Shown here piece after piece: positions 60,794 to 64,000 of a stretch of DNA of 64,000 nucleotides. The notes under the pieces were generated by a model. The model was not told where the DNA came from and did not search any database. It worked only from the letters and a program-made list of their open reading frames with translations. The position numbers and the translations under genes were made by a program. Position 1 is the stretch's first letter. Each line of letters begins with the position of its first letter. This stretch comes from Eutreptiella sp. 'Long Island Sound 2002'. Its lineage: Eukaryota; Protista; Euglenida. Location: positions 15,686,001-15,750,000 of the forward strand of contig OZ038378.1 of assembly GCA_964036045.1 (NCBI GenBank), given 5' to 3'.

Positions 60794-61453
60794 GGCACGC
60801 ACGCAGGCACGCACGCACGCACATATGTCTCCTGTCGTGCTGAGAGGGCCCAAGGGACGCACGGAAAGCTTGAGAAATCCAGACATCGCTGAGCGGACTG
60901 CATGCTGTCATTCAATCATATTGGGAGTACACACACGCGCGCACGCACGCGCGCACACACAAGTGTATTTAGTCACCCTTTACCCCCGCACTCTCCCACC
61001 TCTTACTCGCTCCTTCAGCCCCTCCCCCCCCCCGCCCCGGCCCATCCCATCTAGGCCCAGGTCCTGGACGACAGCAGAGCAGCTGCCGGGCCCACAGAGG
61101 CTGTGCAAGCTAACCCTGAGTATGACAAGCCAGACGCAGTGGAAGACCGGGCCCAAGGCAACGACAGGAGAATGACCACGTCGGTGCTGTCTCTTCTGGG
61201 GATGATCTGTGAACGAAGCTCAATGCCGCCCTCTCCAGAAAGGAGGCGCTCCAGTGCATGGTCTTCGCAACGGGGCTCAAGTGGTCTGCCCGGGATCAGA
61301 GGGTCGTTCATCGGCTTTCAGCACTCTCGGTTCGACCCCCTTCGAACAAGGCTCCGCATGTTCATCGAAAACACTTGGACCAGTCGGTTCATATTGACGG
61401 CCATCTGTCTGAGCTGCGCAAGCCTCGCGGTAGTCAGCAATACTACGCAGCAG
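49445..61453 (+). CDS. Four-domain voltage-gated cation channel alpha subunit (Nav/Cav-like), 5' partial: domains I and II and the start of III (about 861 aa)
   Basis: Exons 49445-49902, 51029-51500, 55434-56028, 56811-57208, 60207-60467 and 61055-61453; phases consistent. DI: YLRSLWNVLD, S4 LRAFRVLRPLRSISR, Cys-rich turret, NPLFDNIG. DII: PFNVLDF, S4 LRSLKGLKVLRLL, filter AGEDW. DIII S1: FIENTWTSRFILTAICLSCASLA. The start codon and last donor are less certain. Confidence 0.9.
51029..51500 (+). CDS. Channel exon 2 (DI turret, pore, S6)
   Basis: YLLSVIGLQLWNG...FDNIG...WPYFV...ITNLFVGV. Confidence 0.88.
55046..55322 (+). repeat. (TGTGT)n microsatellite
   Basis: Long near-perfect pentamer array. 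Confidence 0.95.
55434..56028 (+). CDS. Channel exon 3 (I-II linker, DII S1-S4)
   Basis: Acceptor CTTCTTCTTAG; donor G/GTGTGC in phase 1, giving LLIGALGQAIR across the junction. Confidence 0.88.
56811..57208 (+). CDS. Channel exon 4 (DII S5-pore-S6)
   Basis: FVFAVLGVQLFG...FAGEDW...YFVAAFVMGQWILVSLFI; donor AGG/GTATGG. Confidence 0.9.
58730..59200 (+). pseudogene. Decayed transposon-type coding fragment with a Ulp1/C48-protease-like His motif
   Basis: WHVFNVNSDNREGLHWFVCAMDC (58926-58994) resembles the N...HW catalytic-His strand of Ulp1-like proteases; flanked by stops. Confidence 0.4.
60207..60467 (+). CDS. Channel exon 5 (Ser/Pro-rich II-III linker)
   Basis: Open frame between CAG and GTATGT, phase 0 at both ends. 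Confidence 0.65.
60728..60822 (+). repeat. (CA)n/(GCAC)n compound microsatellite
   Basis: Seen directly. Confidence 0.95.
61055..61453 (+). CDS. Channel exon 6 (linker and DIII S1)
   Basis: RLRMFIENTWTSRFILTAICLSCASLAV. The acceptor could instead be 61060, and the donor (GTTCTC) is weak. Confidence 0.65.
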
Positions 61454-61989
61454 GTTCTCCAGGACAGTCCTTTCTCAGTTTGATATTGCTCTGTTTTTTC
61501 CCCCTTCAAGACAGGATTGAGGTGGTGTGATTGCGGGACCAATGGCTGTTGGTGGTTGGCCTCAGGATAGTTGATAACTACTGTCGCCGGTCTGACAGTA
61601 ACCGACAACCCTTCCTTGTCGGCCGACGCTCTGCTGAGGTCCCGATGTCCCCGAGGTCTGCAGTTTGGCGGTTGGTGTCTGCGACCCCCATCACTCATGG
61701 TCATAATAGTTTGGTGTTTCAGCGGGGAAATCAAGGCTGAGCGAGCCTGCGAGTGAGGCGGACAGGCGGGGCCTCAGGGGTCGCTCTGGTCTGGCTCAGG
61801 GACTTTGAATAAATCTGGAGCTCAACGGTTGAATTGCCCTAACAACGGGCCGAGGGTCGTTGAGGGCTGAGGGCAGCATGACCCATTTGTTTTGGGGGCG
61901 GCGGCGTTGTGGTGCAGTGTGGTGTAGGGTGTGGTGTGGTGTTGTGTTCTGTGGTGTTGTGCGGTGTGGTGTGGTGTGGTGTGCCGAAG

Positions 61990-63450
61990 GCGCTGTTGCC
62001 AAATGGCAATGGCCGGGGTGTCTTGCATACTCTGACGGGGCAAGAGTTGTCCCTGCGTATGGCGGCCGTAGTTCAGGGCCACCCTTGGGACTCCCTGTTG
62101 CCCCGCCTGCTGGTGTAGTTGAAGTTCTCGCAATGCCCACGCCATAGTGCCCCGTGGCCCCTGACCCTCCCAAGCCCTGGCGTGGGCCAGCCAGACCTTC
62201 TGTGACTCCAACGACACCTGCCGGACGAAATCCGTCCCCATATCGTGTGGGCCTGCTAGTCCCATATGCGCCGCCGGCAGGGACGGTATCGCGATTGCCA
62301 ACGACCACTGTTCGAGGACTATGGAATCCCATAGTTGGCCTTGCACCTGCGACCCTCGTGGCCCTACGTAGGTGCTCAGCCACGTGTGCAGGCGCTGCCA
62401 GGCTGGGTGCCATTCATGGGACCACACGGGGCATCCCCACAGGTGACAGGCTGTTTCTGGACTGTTGTCCCATGCTGTCCCATAGCAGACACTGCGTGCA
62501 CAATCGTATGTTTCAGTGTTCGGAACGCTTCGCTAGCACCATCATGGTGGGGAGGTTGCGCATTCGATGGGCCAGTACCTGCCTCTGTTGGTCACTGGTG
62601 AAGCAGTGCAAGAGGAGGCCAAGGCCCGGCCAATAGTTTGGTCCCCATCGGTTTGTGGTGTCCCTAAGCGGGGATCCCACCTACTCTTGCAACCACTCTT
62701 GCAGGTTGGTGGGGGCTAGTTGGCAGTGGTCCCGTGACTTCACCGGGGGCATGAAGGCATAGGGGCGGTGCACCATCCAAGTGAAACATGCCTGCAACCC
62801 CTCCCTTGTCACTGCATTGGCCCACACATTGATGGCCGTGATCCACTACGGCGAGGTGACCACGATTTTGATCGCAGCATTTGGGGCCAGGCGCTTAGCC
62901 CCTAGAGTCTGCGCATATTATGTTTTGTCTCCACAATGCCTGCCCTTATGGTAAGTGCGTAGGGCGCCTACAACAGACCCAGAATCCGGCACCACCTAGT
63001 AGATGCCTTCTTGCGGCGCCAGCTGCCTGGGTAGAGCAACAGGGTCATGGCGTCGCCCTTCTAAGAGGTCCCCAACCCCGAGGCTACCTTGGTTTTGTAC
63101 CGTTCTAGCGCATGCTCATATGCAAGAGCCACGGCCATTCTTGCCGGGGTGGTTCCGGCGTCGGTAATTATGATGGCTCCATGGATTGTGGCTAGCGGTG
63201 ACAATTCATGGAACTCCCTGTTCCATACAGGTTGCAGATACAGGGTCGGAGCCGCAGGAGCCCACTGGGGGTATAGCGTGCTATGGACCCCAAAATGCTC
63301 CCGTAGGTGTGTCCCCAGGGCGGGGTCCAGCTCCGACAGCGGTGCACTTGGGGCGTGGAGGGCTATGTATAGGAGACTTTTGTTGGGGTTCTGGCACTTG
63401 TGAGTTAGGCATTGGGCCGGGTACCTGAAACGTGCCACCGCCTCCACCTA
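61990..63450 (-). mobile_element. Degenerate non-LTR retrotransposon fragment (RNase H-like remnant, then zf-RVT), antisense in a channel intron
   Basis: The minus strand reads GAIIITDAG (about 63156-63176), then RNLPTMMVLAKR, CTQC and, after a frameshift, ETACHLWGCP, a non-LTR C-terminal knuckle. Stops and frameshifts are present. Confidence 0.6.
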
Positions 63451-64000
63451 GAGCTCTATCCATGGCTCCGGTGGTTGGGCGGGCGTGTATGCCCGCTACT
63501 TGTAGCCGTGGGAGTGTGGCCACCTGCAGGTGCAGGGGAGGCTCCACCTGCACCTGGATGTTGTGGATGTTGTGCACTCACGGATGCAGTTATGTTTCTC
63601 ATGTTGCTCCCCACTTCGAGTTGAGCAATGGAGTGATTTTTTTTCCTTCGATGCAGGCACGGTCAGAGATACACACCATGCATTGAGCGACAATCTGCGC
63701 TGTATGCGTTTCATGGCACAGTTCAATGGTGATATTGAAGAGTGTTGGGTTTATGAAGTTTGGTGCCTGCCATTGGCTGTTTGATGACTGCACATGGGAC
63801 CACTTCCAAAAACCCTAGCCTTGACAACATACATGGCACTACGGCACATTTACATCCCTTCGGGCAGATGCTATTGCATACCATGACTAAAGTTGCGGTC
63901 TTTTTGCCTTTGCAGTTTTCAAAAGGTTTTCGCATATTTTGATTTTCCGTTGCACCCCCCCCCCCCAATTGTGCGGTGCTGTGCTGTGTTGTAGCATGGC

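Noticed and set aside
1-64000. rRNA, tRNA genes, CRISPR arrays and prokaryotic operons
   Set aside because: None recognised by eye; the window is intron-containing eukaryotic DNA. A tRNAscan-SE or Infernal run would be needed to exclude small RNAs.

Overview
Repeat-rich eukaryotic genomic DNA, probably from a protist; a euglenozoan or euglenid source is a low-confidence guess. Four host genes, all on the + strand, were assembled by hand through phase-consistent GT-AG introns: (1) a tRNA isopentenyltransferase of the TRIT1/Mod5 type (2 exons, 10037-14209); (2) an SPX-EXS phosphate exporter of the XPR1/SYG1/PHO1 family (7 exons, 27741-38349); (3) an intronless 304-aa orphan ORF (43335-44249); (4) the 5' part of a four-domain voltage-gated Na/Ca-type channel (6 exons, 49445-61453, continuing past the window). 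Introns and intergenic DNA contain non-LTR retrotransposon remnants, G/C-tract-ended MITE-like elements, minisatellites and microsatellites. The most striking structure is at 4795-9701: four head-to-tail non-coding units of 1.1-1.4 kb, each with asymmetric inverted repeats and twin AGAC-loop hairpins, joined by 1-3 telomeric CCCTAA hexamers. The array sits exactly inside a telomere-like tract of a host MITE, and an empty copy of that tract is present at about 34271-34378. Also notable are an SPX domain that lacks most inositol-pyrophosphate-binding residues and a channel domain-I selectivity filter without the conserved Trp. All calls come from reading the sequence; no database search was run.
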